From assembly GCF_009914755.1 (NCBI RefSeq), contig NC_060927.1: a stretch of DNA of 64,000 nt, one strand, 5' to 3'. The position numbers and the translations under genes are program-made. Position 1 is the first letter of the stretch, and every line of letters begins with the position of its first letter. Source of the stretch: the human T2T-CHM13v2.0 reference genome, Homo sapiens. Positions 1 to 15,500 of this stretch are shown one piece after another. The notes beneath the pieces are model-generated. The model saw only the letters and a program-made list of their open reading frames with translations. It made no database searches and was not told where the DNA came from.

Positions 1-79
1 TATTAGAATGCTGTTTCACTTTTATTTTTTTATGAGATTAGAACAGTTTTCCAGAGTCAACATAATTTGCAATATTGCA

Positions 80-712
<633 letters not shown>

Positions 713-800
713 ATTATAGTGCAGAGCTTCTTAAACTTTAGTATGTGTATTAAATTTCTGCATATGTATAATATGTTAAACCGCATGCTGATTCTCTAGG

Positions 801-1242
801 TGCGATGGTTCATTTTATGTCAACTTGACTAGCACACTGGGGTGCCCAGATATTTGATAAACATTATTTTGGGTGTGTCCATGAGGGTGCTTTTGGATGA
901 GATTAACATTTGAATAATTGAACTGAATAAAAAATAAAGCGGGTTGCCCTCTAACATGAATGGGGCACATTCAATCAGTTGAAGACCTCAATAGAAGTAA
1001 AGGCTGAACCTTTCATGAGTAGCAGTGAATTTCCTCCTGCCTAACTGTCTTGAGCTGGCATATCAATTGATGTATTCCTTCGAACTAAAACTGAAGCATC
1101 TTGGGTCTTGAGCCTATAGCCCTTCACACTGAAACTATACCATTGGCTCTCTTGGGTCTCCGGCCTGCTGACAGCATATTTTGGGAATTGTCAGACTCCA
1201 TAATTTTGTGAGCCAATTCTTTGGAGAACCCCGATCAATCCA
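801..1242 (+). mobile_element. MLT2 (ERVL) solo LTR inserted in a MER5A element
   Basis: Start 'tgcgatggttcattttatgtcaacttgact', internal 'tgcccagatatttg...aaacattatt' and end 'ggagaaccccgatcaatcca' fit MLT2. MER5A-like sequence continues on both sides (about 722-800 and 1243-1325). Confidence 0.75.
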
Positions 1243-1329
1243 GTACTTCTGGGGTGGTACCTGAGATTCTGCATTCTATCTACCTTCCAGATGATCTTGG
1301 TCCATGGACCACACTTCTAGGAGCAGAGG

Positions 1330-1655
1330 TCAGAGCACCAACGTAACCTGGGAGTTTATTACAAACACAGAACCTCAGACCCTGAGTTCAGACCCAGTGA
1401 ATCAGAATCTTCATTTTTAACAAGATTCTTAGCTGGCCCATTTGCACACAATAATTTAAGAAGCACTGTTCCAGCGTGGTAGTAATCAGTCCTGAGTATG
1501 GAGTAGAATCGCCTGAATAGCATTAAAAAACAAACAAACAAATGATGTCTAGACTCCACTCCAATTAAATCAGAATCTCAGAGAATAGAGCCTGGATGGG
1601 TTTTAAAAACTGCACAGATGACATTAATGTGCAGTCATGAATGAAAACTATTGGT
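1330..1655. mobile_element. MER5-type hAT MITE fragments
   Basis: 'agacccagtgaatcagaatct...atttttaacaag' and 'aattaaatcagaatctc' are typical MER5 motifs. Confidence 0.55.
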
Positions 1656-1849
1656 CAAAAATAAAGACTGAAGGCCAACAATGACCGTCTTTGAGGCTCT
1701 TAATGAAAGAAAATTAATTATCTAGATGCTAGGATGGAAGTCAAAGATCTTAAACAAATATAGTATTTCTGGAAATTGACTCAATAGTTAACCAAGCAGT
1801 CAAACCCTTGACTAAAACACCAAAGGAAATATAGCACTACTGTGTATAA

Positions 1850-2192
<343 letters not shown>

Positions 2193-2314
2193 GTACAGTT
2201 TCTTATGTGTTTGATATCTTCTTCCTGGTGTGAGGACTTAGCTTTGAGTGTTAACCGAAAATTCTAAGTCTAGGGTTCCTAAGTTGTTATGTGCTGCACT
2301 ATACAAGTAAACCT

Positions 2315-2420
2315 ACAGAGATGGAAGTGTTCTTAGAGATTATCTAGTCCAAGCACTTCATTTATAGGTAAAGAAACCGGGGCTCAGAGAGGGCGATTCA
2401 CTCACAATAGCAGGCAGCAT
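2315..2420. mobile_element. MIR fragment
   Basis: MIR core 'ttatctagtccaag...cattttataggtaaagaaaccggggctcagagagg'. Confidence 0.6.
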
Positions 2421-3539
2421 AATTTAGTAGCAGCAACAGACCTGAGTTAACTCATAGCCCTTACATTTCCCCTGGAGTCATCCCTTTGTTCCCACAACAA
2501 GTTACACACTTCCATCAGTACTCCCTGCAGCCTGTAAGTACAGTGATCACAATGCCTCCTCGAAATTCTGCTCACTGTTGATTGACTATTGTATATACTA
2601 GGCATTTATGTATTCATGATTGTTTACCTAGTCATTCATTCAACAACTGTTCATGGAGCCTCCACCACATGGCACCAGGAAACTAGTACACTTGATTGAA
2701 AATAGTTATTTCATCACATTACCATTGTTTGTAGAATTGTTTAATAAATTTCAGGTCTCCTGATTTCCACTTCAGTGTTCATATAACTGCATGTCCTACT
2801 GTCCTCCTTGGCACATGAAGATGGCTGAAAAAACTGAACTGTTCACCCAGCTGGGCAAGTAGGACTAGGACCTAGATTTCTGGAACCATTACATTGTCCT
2901 CTCTACAAACGAACTATGGCTTTAAGACCAAACATTGATGCTGGAAATAATTAGTAACTGAAAGCTCCTCCCAGGTTTTCCTCTTTTCTCTGAAAATAGA
3001 AGTATTTAAAAAGAGAGAGAGGGAGTATGAGAGAAAAAGGAAAGAAAAGAAAAGGCACACTGTTTGATGTACTGTATGTTGGAAAGCTTTGGAAAAATTT
3101 ATAATGTGCTCTGTACTCAGAGACAAAATTTTCCAAGAGGACATTTATACAATTTCTTCCAAGAGTCTGCATCCTGTTATACTCTGGAAGAAGTGACCTC
3201 ATGGTGTTTGTATTTGTCTCTCTCACAAAACCTCTTTTATAGTATTAATGCATGTGCAGGTCTTAGGATATGTAATACATGAGGCCCTGACTTGGGCAGG
3301 TCATTCTGAGAACACGCTGCTACTTTCATAATGGCATCATCTTGTTTTATAGTGGCAGAGGGGATGGGCGGAGGAGAGCCAGCTAGGAGAAAGTTCTATG
3401 CCAAGTCATTTGGAAAATATAAGCTACAAGCAATTGAGGGAACCTAATAAATTTGAAGGATATTAAAAAGCGATACATGTTACTAGTCTCAGAAGAATTA
3501 ACAGTAATCACTATAACCCCTTACAGCATATTAGAATTA

Positions 3540-4039
3540 CAGTAGTTCCCTCTTACCTGTGTTTTTGCTTTCCATGCTTTCAGTTACCCACAGTCCAGAA
3601 ATAATAAATACAAAATTCTAGAAATAAACAATGCATAAGTTTAAAATTGCAAGCTGTTCTGAGTAGCATGACAAAAACCTCACACCATCCCACCCAGGGC
3701 GTGAGTCATCCTTTTGTCGAGGGTATCCACGCTGTGTATGCTGCACACTCACTAGTCACTTCACCCTTTTGGTTATCAGATTGTCACAGTGTCAGGTGCT
3801 TGTATTCAAATGACCCCAATTTTACTTAATAATGGTTCCAAAGCACAAGGGTAGTGATGCTGGCCTATTGTTATAATTGTTCCATTTGATTGCTGTTGTG
3901 TTTACCTAGTTTATAAATGAAATTTTATCATAGGTTTGTATGTATCGGAAAAAAAACAATATATATAGGGCTTGGTGCTGAGGTTTCAGGCACCGCCGGG
4001 GTCCTTGGAACATACCCGCTGTGGATAAGGGGTACTACT
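3540..4039. mobile_element. MER44 (Tigger7-derived) TcMar DNA transposon
   Basis: Terminal inverted repeats 'cagtagttccctctta' and 'ggataagggggtactact', a preceding TA, and internal 'gaaataaacaatgcataagttt...gttctgagtagc'. Confidence 0.8.
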
Positions 4040-4149
4040 ACTATCTAAGGTGATTGTGTGCATACTACCTCATTTGTACATCAAGTTTCCGGTTTATAGA
4101 GTGATCATCCCTAGAGGATCTTGATTGTTTCTCCCAACATCCATGTGAG

Positions 4150-4690
4150 CTATGCAGGACCAGTATTATCTCAAATTTATAAGTGAGAAAATGGAGGCTC
4201 TGAAAGAAATACAAATAGTAATTAAATTTTACATAGAATAGGGCATTAAAAGCTCTTATATATATGAATTCCTTTGATTTCTACTGAAAATCCCTGTAGT
4301 AAATAAATTTATTATAATCCAATTTTACATATAAGCAAGTCAGTAGACAGATTAAATGACAATGCAGATTTCACAGCAAATAAGTGGCAGAGAAAGAAGT
4401 TGGATCCAGATTATCTGACTCCTTATAAAGTGCTCTTTTCATTACGTAAAACCGCCTCTTTATAGAGTGCAGGCTTTGGAGTCAGCCAGATTTTGATATA
4501 AAACTTGGCCCTTACACAGGTGGGCTGTAGGTGAAGCCTGAGAAACCACTTAGCTTCACTACTACACCTTTCTAATTGGTAAAATAGGAAAAGTAATTCC
4601 TACCTCAAGGAGTGAGCTAATGTTTGTATAATGCAATGTTTAGCATAGTGCCTCACACACTCAAAAGGACCCAATGACTGCTATTGTAAT
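4150..4690. mobile_element. Cluster of MIR fragments
   Basis: MIR-like cores: 'gtgagaaaatggaggctctga', 'gtggcagag...tctgactcc' and 'aggctttggagtcag...gtaaaataggaa...cctacctca'. Confidence 0.5.
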
Positions 4691-5437
4691 ACATTTTATC
4701 TCTGATTCCTATTAGTACACAAGCCCATAAGAAAATGGCATTTGTTTTTTCTAGTTGAAGCTGTATTCTTCTATTGGAACAGTGCAGAAAGATTTGCATT
4801 AATCTCTGGAATAGACGCAAAGATCTGAAGTGCCATCACTTTCATCTTCCTCCTTTCATGTCTCCTAGAACCCATGCAATGCAAGCCCTCTCCTTTCCAG
4901 CCTCCATAGCCAGCTGTAGCAGTCAGTGAGCAGAATGAAGTGAAAAGCACACTCAAAGGGAAAACAAACTGGGGCTCTGTCAGAACATATGGTTGAAATT
5001 CCAGAGCCCAGGACCCCACACCAAGAGGCTCCTCCCGGCCCTGCATCTGGGGCATCTCAGTTAGCCTCAGCTGTCTCTACTGTACCTCTACTCTAGGAAA
5101 TCAACCACTCAATTCCTAAAGCAGTTTTAAGACCAAAACCAGCGCTTGTAGATAAGGAATAAATAAAGTTTGTAACTATCAGCCTAGGTCACTTAGTTGT
5201 TAAGCACATTGCTAATTCTCCTAGGAGATAGAAATTACTAGATAGATATTACTATTATAGATAATACTTCTCGAGCGTGTCCTCCCTCTTCCATGTTGGG
5301 GCAGGGTGGTTTTTGTAACCTGGTTCCTGCCAGACTTTGCAGCCTCAGGCTCTAACATTCCCTCATATACACCTTACAGTCCACTTATCCTAAAATATTT
5401 TGAGTCCTTCAAATGCACCTTGCCTGTCATATTTTAG

Positions 5438-6146
<709 letters not shown>

Positions 6147-9100
6147 TAAAGATGTAGGCCAGGCAACTCTTCTTTTAAGAAATGACTCCTGCTTGCTCCT
6201 ATTCCTGAGGAGCTGTCTGAAGTAACATTGGTAATTTTCTCTTTTGTCTCACCTCCTCTTCTATGGCCTTTAAATGCTATATTTATATTTGATAGTCACA
6301 CATCTATTTATTCCACAAGTCTCTGATCTCACTAAGGGTAATTTTTTCTTTTAAAGTATAAACCCCCAGTGCCAGACACCTCATAAGGATTTAATGTTTC
6401 TTTAAGACAGTAAAGAGTTTAGGAGTTTTTGAATTTTAAATATTTTTATATGCTGGTCACCTTTGGCTGCCTTGGCCCTCCAGTACTACTGTGATTTTTT
6501 GCCATCATTCATAGTTAAAGAAAATGCTAAATTTTAGTTAAATGTTAGCATAAAGTAATACTTTTTCCTGATCCAGGTTAGTGGAGTAGAGTTCTTTCCT
6601 CAGTCTCTGAAAGTTTGGGATTTTAAAATCAAACAGATTGAGATTCAAATATCAACATCCTTCTACACTGCATTAATATAAGCTTTCCGAAATTCTGCTT
6701 CAGATTGTTATAATACCTACCTGTGTGAGTTGGCATGAGAACAGACAATATCTGTAATGACATCTAGCCGAAGGTGACTGCTAAATAAATATAAAATATT
6801 GTTAGTTTATTCAGACTTTATGGACAATGCAAGATGCACCCGATGCCCGGAATTTGAATCCAGCATTGCTTCTTATTATCATGAGACCTAAGCCACTTTA
6901 AACTCAGTTAACGTGTCTGGAATATGAGGGTGATAATATTAATACCTACTATTCAGCCTTTTTGTAACAAGTACACAGTAAGAAATGGGCTAGCATAGCC
7001 TGGAAAATAGGAAATGCTCGATAAACAATTAATTGAATGAATGAGTGACTTACATCTCTAAATAAAATCAATTCTACTTCTTTGACTCTCACAAATTTCA
7101 GTTCCAGTTGAAACTAAAAATTATCCAAAACATGACGTGTATTTTATCCACTCATTCAAAATTCATGAAAGATAAATAATATATTGATTATTTTAAAACA
7201 AAAAGTTAGCATTTGAAGATGATGTCGATCCTCAAGTTAATAAACTCCTTCTGCAATATTTTTACAAACATCTTTTAACCAGATGCCACACTTTTTCTGA
7301 AATAATCTAAAGGAGAAGTTGGTTAAATAAGCAGAGCATATTTCAAATGAAAGTTTAATACAATTACAAGGAAAAAATTTTTTAAATGAACACATGTAAT
7401 TACTTGTTTCTTAGTAAATTCTATTTTTATGTATCAAAAACGCAAGTTTTAACATATTAGCTGAGGATGCATAGTTTAAAAATAAACTTAAACACAAATA
7501 CACAGTTTGGGGGAAAAAACACCTAACGAAATGCTAAGTGGTTAACGAATGCAAGGGCTAAATATTTATTAAACAGAGGTCCCAGTGATACACAACACAG
7601 TGGGACCAGTTAGATTTCACCATCTGATTGTTCAGGAGAGAGGCCCAATTGCTCATGCATATCCCAAATTTGCCCTTCAGTTACGTGCTGAGTATTGCAT
7701 TTCTTTCTCGCTTGCCTGTTAGTGCCCCCAGAGTCTGAAAGGCCAGGGTGGATGAAATGTGTTGCAAATGTGTGGCACAAGTCTGGCCACCCCAGAGAGC
7801 TCTTCCTAAGTCTCTAGTTGATGTTTAACAGGAGAAGAAAACATTAACAGATGCTGTGTCTTAGCTTTCCTGCTGTCTTACTGTCTTCTTTGGTGGGTCC
7901 CTATTGGCCAATGATCATCTAACTTTAACTTTGGAAAGCTTCCTGGTAGAGTCAAGGGAGGGAGAGCAACAGAAACAAAAAGAGAAAGAGAAAGGGAGGG
8001 AGAGAGGGGGATTAGAAATAGGAAAGAGAGCAGAGATAAAGAAGGGGAGAAAGAAGGGGAAAGGGAGCGAGTTAGAAAACTATCTTGCATCGTGCTGAGA
8101 ATTAAGACAATTGGAATGTAGTTCAATTGCAGCCTCTAATTTGCTGTGAAAAATTGAGCAAGTTACTATTCTCTGTGCCTTGGTTTTCTGATCTATAAAA
8201 TGAAACCAGGGAATTAGGCAGCCTCAAATCCTTTCTAGGGCTAATGTAGTGGTGTGCAATGCTTAAAAGGCAGTCTTTAATTACAATCTATCCTGCACAG
8301 TTACGACCTTACCAAAACAATAAAACCTCTCATAATAAGGCTAATCTAGGCATTTAGAAAGATGTTTTATTATACCATCAATAATATGGAGAAGGAAACT
8401 AATAACAAGCTTGCTCTCTGCCATAGATTTTCATACAGTTCTGCTTTTACATGATGACAGACCTAGAAAGTAGCCTATCTCCACTAAAGGAAAGGTAAAA
8501 TTAAGTTCACAGGTAAATAACTTGACTAGGGTCAGAATATTATTTAGCAAAGTCAGGATTTGATTCTTTCAATTCATTTGTTCCTTCCCTCAATAAATGT
8601 TGCTGAACACCATGCCAGGTAGTTCTTTAGGAGAACAAACAGAGTAGGGAACAAAGTATTTCAAAGATCATATTTCTTTTTCTACTACACTGAAGATATA
8701 TTCCTGCCAGAATTTCTTGAGAATGTCAAGAAATCAGATAATTTAAATTTTCTAAAATACATCAAATATTTGGGAAAAGAGACCTCCAATTCTCTATTAT
8801 GGTAGCTTTGTAACATTTAGGCTATAAGTCTGCCAATTTTATATTTCAAATGTGAATTTCATCATGAGAAAAAGTGGATTTTATTAATCTCTTCTCTATA
8901 CAAGCAAAGCGTAACTACATTTTTCTCTCCTTTTTTTAAGGGAGCAGCACTAATACCTTACAATTTTTACTACAAAATGATGGAGCATAAATATAATTTT
9001 TGGAAAAAAATTAATTCTTTCATATAAAAAGGCAAACAGAAGGCTATTATTATTAAAAGATTAGTAAAATTATTAAAATGAGCAATTAGAGAACATTAAG

Positions 9101-9582
9101 CTAGACAATTTACCACATGTACATCCTATTATTCTGTGCACTATACATTAAGCCAAGTACAATGGAGGTTAAAAAGCTCAGAAGAATCCAGATCATACCA
9201 AAAGACTTGGCAAGTTCCCTTGACTTCTTTCTAGATTGCTACTACTATTGAAAACAATAATTACTGTTTATTGTGTTCTTAGTATTTGCCTGACACTGTG
9301 TTAAGTGTTTGAAAGTATTGTAGCATTCATCTTGATAACTCTGTCATGTAGACATTATCATAAATTCATTTTATAAATGAGAAAGTCTGAGAATTAGAGA
9401 TGCTAAGTTACTTGCATAAAGGCAGAGAAAAAAATGTGGTAAGGCAGATATTCAAAGCCAGATTCTTCTGAGTCCAAAGTGAATGCTCCCAACATCTAAG
9501 CTAATACTCATTTTGAGATTTCAATTCTAAGTAATTAACAGAAAGATTATGTTGTTAATACAACATACCTTAACATACCTTA

Positions 9583-9805
9583 CATACCTTATTTTACTTT
9601 TTATTGTGCTTTGCTTTATTGTGTTTTGCACATATTGCTTTTTTTTTTTTTAATAAATTGAAGGTTTATGGCGACCTTGCATCAAGCAAGTCTACTGGTA
9701 CCATTTTTTTGACAGCACTCACTTCATTTCTCTGTGTCACATTTTGGTTATTATTGCAATTTTTCAAACTTTTTAATTGTTATTATATCTGTTACAGTGA
9801 TCAGT
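9583..9805. mobile_element. Tigger1-like terminal fragment
   Basis: 'cataccttatttt...tgctttattgtg...aaattgaaggttt.tggc.acc.tgcatcaagcaagtct' resembles a Tigger1 end. Confidence 0.7.
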
Positions 9806-9854
9806 CCTCCATTACAATAAGCAAGATAGTCTGAGAGATTCTAGAATATTTCTT

Positions 9855-10110
9855 TTTTCTTCTTCAAACTTTTTTGAGTGTGACTTGCAGTATGAAATAC
9901 ATTTTTATCGCAACCCAGTATACATATAGATGCATATATTTAGCTGAAACAGTATCTCACAGAAGTAATATTTGCCCTTACTATATTATTAAACTCTGAC
10001 ATTTTACTACCATATTTTATTTTATTTTTTTATATTGCTGGATGCAATGAACTAAATTGGTTTCACAACTCAGTAATAGGCCATAACTTACTATTTCAAA
10101 AGTATTGGCT
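9855..10110. mobile_element. hAT-Charlie-type non-autonomous element (family uncertain)
   Basis: 'caaacttttttgagtgtgac...gaaatacatttttatcgcaacccagta' and 'ctaaattggtttcacaac'. Confidence 0.45.
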
Positions 10111-10220
10111 GAAAAAACATTAAGAGAGGTAAATGCTGATAATCTGTGTGCCCTAGAGGAAGAGAAGGACTCAGGTAATGTACAGGCCATGTTAGATGAT
10201 TGTTAAAAGTATGAGGTTTG

Positions 10221-10553
<333 letters not shown>

Positions 10554-10560
10554 TCATTTC

Positions 10561-10854
10561 TTTTTTTTTTTTTTGAGACGGAGTCTCACTCTGTCGCCCA
10601 GGATGGAGTGCAGTGGCACCATCTCAGCTCACTACAAGCTCCGCCTCCTGGATTAACGCTGTTCTCCTGCCTTGCCTCCCCAGCAGCTGGGACTACAGGC
10701 TCCCGCCACCACACCCAGCTAATTTTTTGTATTTGTAGTAGAGATGGGGTTCCACCATGTTAGCCAGGATGGTCTCGATCTCCTGACCTTGTGATCCGCC
10801 CGCCTCGGCCTCCCAAAGTGCTGGGATTACAGGCGTGAGCGACCGCACCCGGTC
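10561..10854 (-). mobile_element. AluY
   Basis: Contains 'caagctccgcc' and 'atgttagccaggatggtctcgatc'. TSD aatcatttctt / agtcatttctt. Confidence 0.92.
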
Positions 10855-10933
10855 AGTCATTTCTTAATAAAAGAGTTGCCTGGCCTACCTCTTTAAGAAG
10901 AACAGCAACTCACCTTGCAAACATAATTCAAGT

Positions 10934-11290
10934 ATATGTGTGTGTGTGTGTGTATATATATATACACACGCATATATATGTGTATATATATATTTATGTC
11001 AAACCTCATATATATGTATATGTGTGTGTGTATATATATGTCAATATATTTTTATGTCAAACCTCATATATATAATATATATAATATTAATAAAATATAT
11101 TATATATTATATATATTATATATAATAAAATATAATATATATTATATATAATATATAATAAAATATATTATATATTATATATATTATATATAATAAAATA
11201 TAATATATATTATATATAATATATAATAAAATATATTATATATTATATATATTATATATAATAAAATATATTATATATTATATATATATG
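10934..11290. repeat. (TG)n/(TA)n microsatellite plus a pure-AT higher-order array (35+33 bp units, 68-bp period)
   Basis: 'ataaaa' anchors at 11090, 11125, 11158, 11193, 11226 and 11261 give alternating 35/33-bp spacing. Confidence 0.9.
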
Positions 11291-11309
11291 AGGTTTGACA
11301 TAAACCTCA

Positions 11310-11525
11310 GGGGTGGGGGTGGTGGAAGGGAGAGCATCAGGAAAAATAGCTATTGCATGCTGGGCTTAATACCTAGGTGATAGGTTGATAGGTGCAGCAA
11401 ACCACCATGGCACACGTTTACCAATGTAACAAACCTGCACATCCTGCACATGTACCCTGCACATTTACCTATGTAACAAACCTGTAGATCCTGCACATGT
11501 AACTTAAAATAAATAAATAAATAAG
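11310..11525 (+). mobile_element. L1PA (older primate) 3' end
   Basis: 'gggcttaatacctaggtgat...gcagcaaaccaccatggcacacgtttacc.atgtaacaaacctgcac' followed by an (AAAT)n tail. Confidence 0.88.
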
Positions 11526-11853
11526 GCTTTAGAATGAAATTGAGTTTAGGGCCATGAATACAGTTTGACGGGTGTGGGCACAGAGGTGATGTTTGGCATC
11601 AGAGTAGATAAGTTATTTGAAGAGAGAAAAACAAAAAGAATAGAGTAAAGCAGAAGATGAGAAACTAAACTCTACTGAGTACCCACAGTTCTGCAGTGGA
11701 GTAAAGAAGAAGAATTAGAGAAAGTACTCTCTCTATATAGTATTCGTATATGTATATGAATGAAGGATTTAGTAAAGTATAATTTATGGTAATAGTTTTT
11801 ACCGTCAGAAGTATTTTCTTTATTTTATATTGAAGTTTTTGTTTTAAGATTAA

Positions 11854-12161
<308 letters not shown>

Positions 12162-12539
12162 AAGATTAATACTATTGTCAGTATGCTGGTTCATTGTGGA
12201 GTATAAAATAATTTATTCTTCTCCATGAGCAAGTCGTGATCAGTTTCTTGTCTAAAAACCTTCCTATAAGTCCAGGAAAGATGGCTTATTCTGCCATCTT
12301 GTGGCTTGTTTTATTATGTTATCACTGTACATTGAGAAGTAATGGGTTAAAAGAAAACCAAACCGAAATTTACCCGAAGGTGTATTTTAATTATAGTACA
12401 TACTAAGTGTATATTGGAGGCCAGGCAATAGAGCTAGGAAAATAAAAATATGAGGTATATCCTTCTCTTAAGGTTGATATTGGGCACCCGTTCAGAATAT
12501 TCCTTCTCATAAAGTTCTAGGAAATAAAATCATAAATTA

Positions 12540-15500
12540 AGTAGGAATAAGCCTAACATGAAATGAACAAGATATTTATAAGGAAAATTGTAGAACCCTA
12601 CTAAGGAACATAGAATAATGAAGGGATATATTGTAATTGTTAAAATATTTATTATTATAATATGCATACATCTTCCAGAGTAAGCTACAGGTCTGAAAAT
12701 ATCACAGGCAAAACCCCCAAAGAATGTTGTTTGTATATTTGAATATTATAACTTGGTAGTATAGTTCAAATGTAAGAGAAAATGTGAAACAATAACAAAA
12801 GAAAAATGAAAAAGAAAGGAGAAGAAAAAGGGCTTGCTTAAGATATAAAATGCACCATAACATAACAGTCATTAAAAGACACAAAATATGCAAAAGTAAA
12901 CAAGTAGGCCAGCTGAATCGCATAGAGTCCAGGAAGAAACTCATGAAAAGTATTGACAGCTGATATTTGAAGTGACATTTTAAGTTGGTGGGGGAAAAAG
13001 AGAGCAAGTATTTCATGAATGATGTTTTAAAAATTTACCACGCATTGGGAAAAAATAGAGTTGTTTTCAACTTTAAGCTATATACCAATATGAATTTCTT
13101 ATGTTTAGAGAGCTAGATGTGACAAAAAAGTCTATGTAAGTGTGATATGGTTTGGCTGTGTCCCCACCCAAATCTCATCTTGAATTGTAGCTCCCATAAT
13201 TCCCATATGTTGTCGGAGGGACCTGGTAGAAGGTAATTGAATCATGGGGGCAGTTCCCCCATACTGTTCTCATGGTAGTGAATGAGTCCCATGACATCTG
13301 ATGGTTTTATAAGGGGAAACCCCTTTTGCTTGGCTTTCATTCTCTCCTAAACTGCTCCCATGTAAGATGTACCTTTCACCTTCTGCCGTGAGTGTGAGAC
13401 CTCCCCAGCCAAGTGGAACTGTGAGTCTATTAAACCTCTTTTCTTCTTTGTAAATTGTCCAGTCTTGGGTATGTCTTTGTCAGCAGCATGAGAACAGACT
13501 AATACATTAAATTGGTACTGGTAGACTGGGGTACTGCTGTAAAGATACCCAAAAATATGGAAGTGGTGTTGGAACTGGGTAACAAGCAGGTGTTGGAACA
13601 GTTTGGAGGGCTCAGAAGAAGACAGGAAAATGTGGGAAAGTTTGGAACTTCCTGGAAACATTTTCAATGGCTTTGACCAAAATGCTGATAATGATATGGA
13701 CGATGAAATTCAGGCTGAGGTCATCTCAGATGGAGATGAGGAATTTGTTGGGAACTGGAATAAGGTGACTCTTGCTATATTTTAGCAAGGAGACTGGTGG
13801 CATTTTGCCACTGCCCTAGAGATTTGCAGAACTTTGAAATTGAGGGAGATGATTTAGGGTATCTGGCAGAAGAAATTTCTAAGCAGCAAAGCCTTCAAGA
13901 TGTGACTTATGTTCTGTTAAAAGCGTTCAATTTTAAAAGGGAAACAGAGCATGAAAGTTTGGATAATTTGCAGCCTGATGATGTGATAGAAAAGAAAAAC
14001 CCATTTTCTGAGGAGAAATTCAAGCCAGCTGCAGAAATTTGCATAAGTAATCAGGAGACAAATGTTAATCTCTAAAACAATGGGGAAAATATCTCCAGGG
14101 CATGTCAGAGACATGCAGCAGCCCCTTCCATCACAGGTCCAGAGGCCTAAGAGGAAAAAATGATTTCCTGAGCCTGGTCCAGGACCCCTCTGCTCTGTGC
14201 AGCCTAGAGACTTGGTGCCCTGCATCCTAGCCACTCTAGCCTTGACTAAAAGGGGACAAGATACAGCTCAGACCATGGCTTCAGAGGGTGCAAGGCCAAA
14301 GCATTGGCAGCTTCCAGGAGGTGTTGGGCCCGTGGGTGCTCAGAAATCAAGAATTGAGGTTTGGGAACCTTTGCCTATATTTCGCAGGATGTATGGAAAA
14401 GCCTGTATGTCCAGGCAGAAGTTTGCTGCAGGGGCAGGGTGCTCATAGAGAACCTCTTCTAGGGCAGTGTGGAAGGGGTTGAAGCTGCCACACAGAATTC
14501 CCACTGGGACACTGCCTAGTGGAGCTGTGAGAAGAGGGCCACTATCTGCCAGACCCCAGAATGATAGATCCACTGACAGCTGGCATCGTGCACCTGGAAA
14601 AGCCACAGACACTCAGCACCAACCCATGAAAGCAACCAGGAGGGAGGCTGTACCCTGTAAAGCCACAGAGGCAGAGTTGCCCAAGACCATGAGAGCCCGT
14701 CTCTTGCATCAGCGTGACCTGGATGTGAGACCTGGAGTCAAAGGAGGTCATTCTGGAGCTTTAAAATTTGACTGCCCCACTGGATTTTGGACTTGCATGG
14801 GGTTTTAGCCCCTTCATTTTGGCCAATTTCTCCTGTTTGGAATGGGTGTATTTATCTAATGCCTATATCCCCATTGTATTTAGGAAGTAACTAACTTGCT
14901 TTTGGTTTTACAGGCTCATGGGTGGAAGGGACTTGCCTTGTCTCAGATGAGACTTTGGATGGTGGACATTTGAGTTAATGTTGAAATGAGTTAAGACTTC
15001 GAAGGACTGTTGGGAAGGCATGATTGGTTTTGAAATGTGAGATTTGTGAAGGGCCAGGGGTGGAATGATGTGGTTTGGCTGTGTCCCTACCCGAATCTGA
15101 TCTTGAATTATAACTTCCATAATTCCCATGTGTTATAGGAGGGACCTGGTTGGTGGTAATTGAATCATGGGAGCAGTTTCCCCCATATTGCTCTCATGGT
15201 AGTGAATAAGTCTCGTGAGATCTGATGGTTTTATAAGGGGAAACCCCTTTCACTTGGGTCTCATTCTCTTCTTGTCTGCCACCAAGTTAGTTGGGTCTTT
15301 TGTCTTCTGCCATGATTGTGTGGCCTCCCCAACCATGTGGCACTGTGAGTCCACTAAACATTTTTTTCTTCATAAATTACCCAGTCTTGAGTATGTCTTT
15401 ATTAGCAGCATGAGAACAAACTAATACAAAGTGTTAAGGAGAAAATGCAGAATAATTTTTATAACCATATGGTTGGAGAGCCTAAGCAAAACACAGCCCT

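Noticed and set aside
10936-11290. Regularly spaced repeats and Y/I-rich ORFs as a CRISPR-like array or peptide gene
   Set aside because: This is a pure AT tandem array with no unique spacers, in a eukaryotic context.
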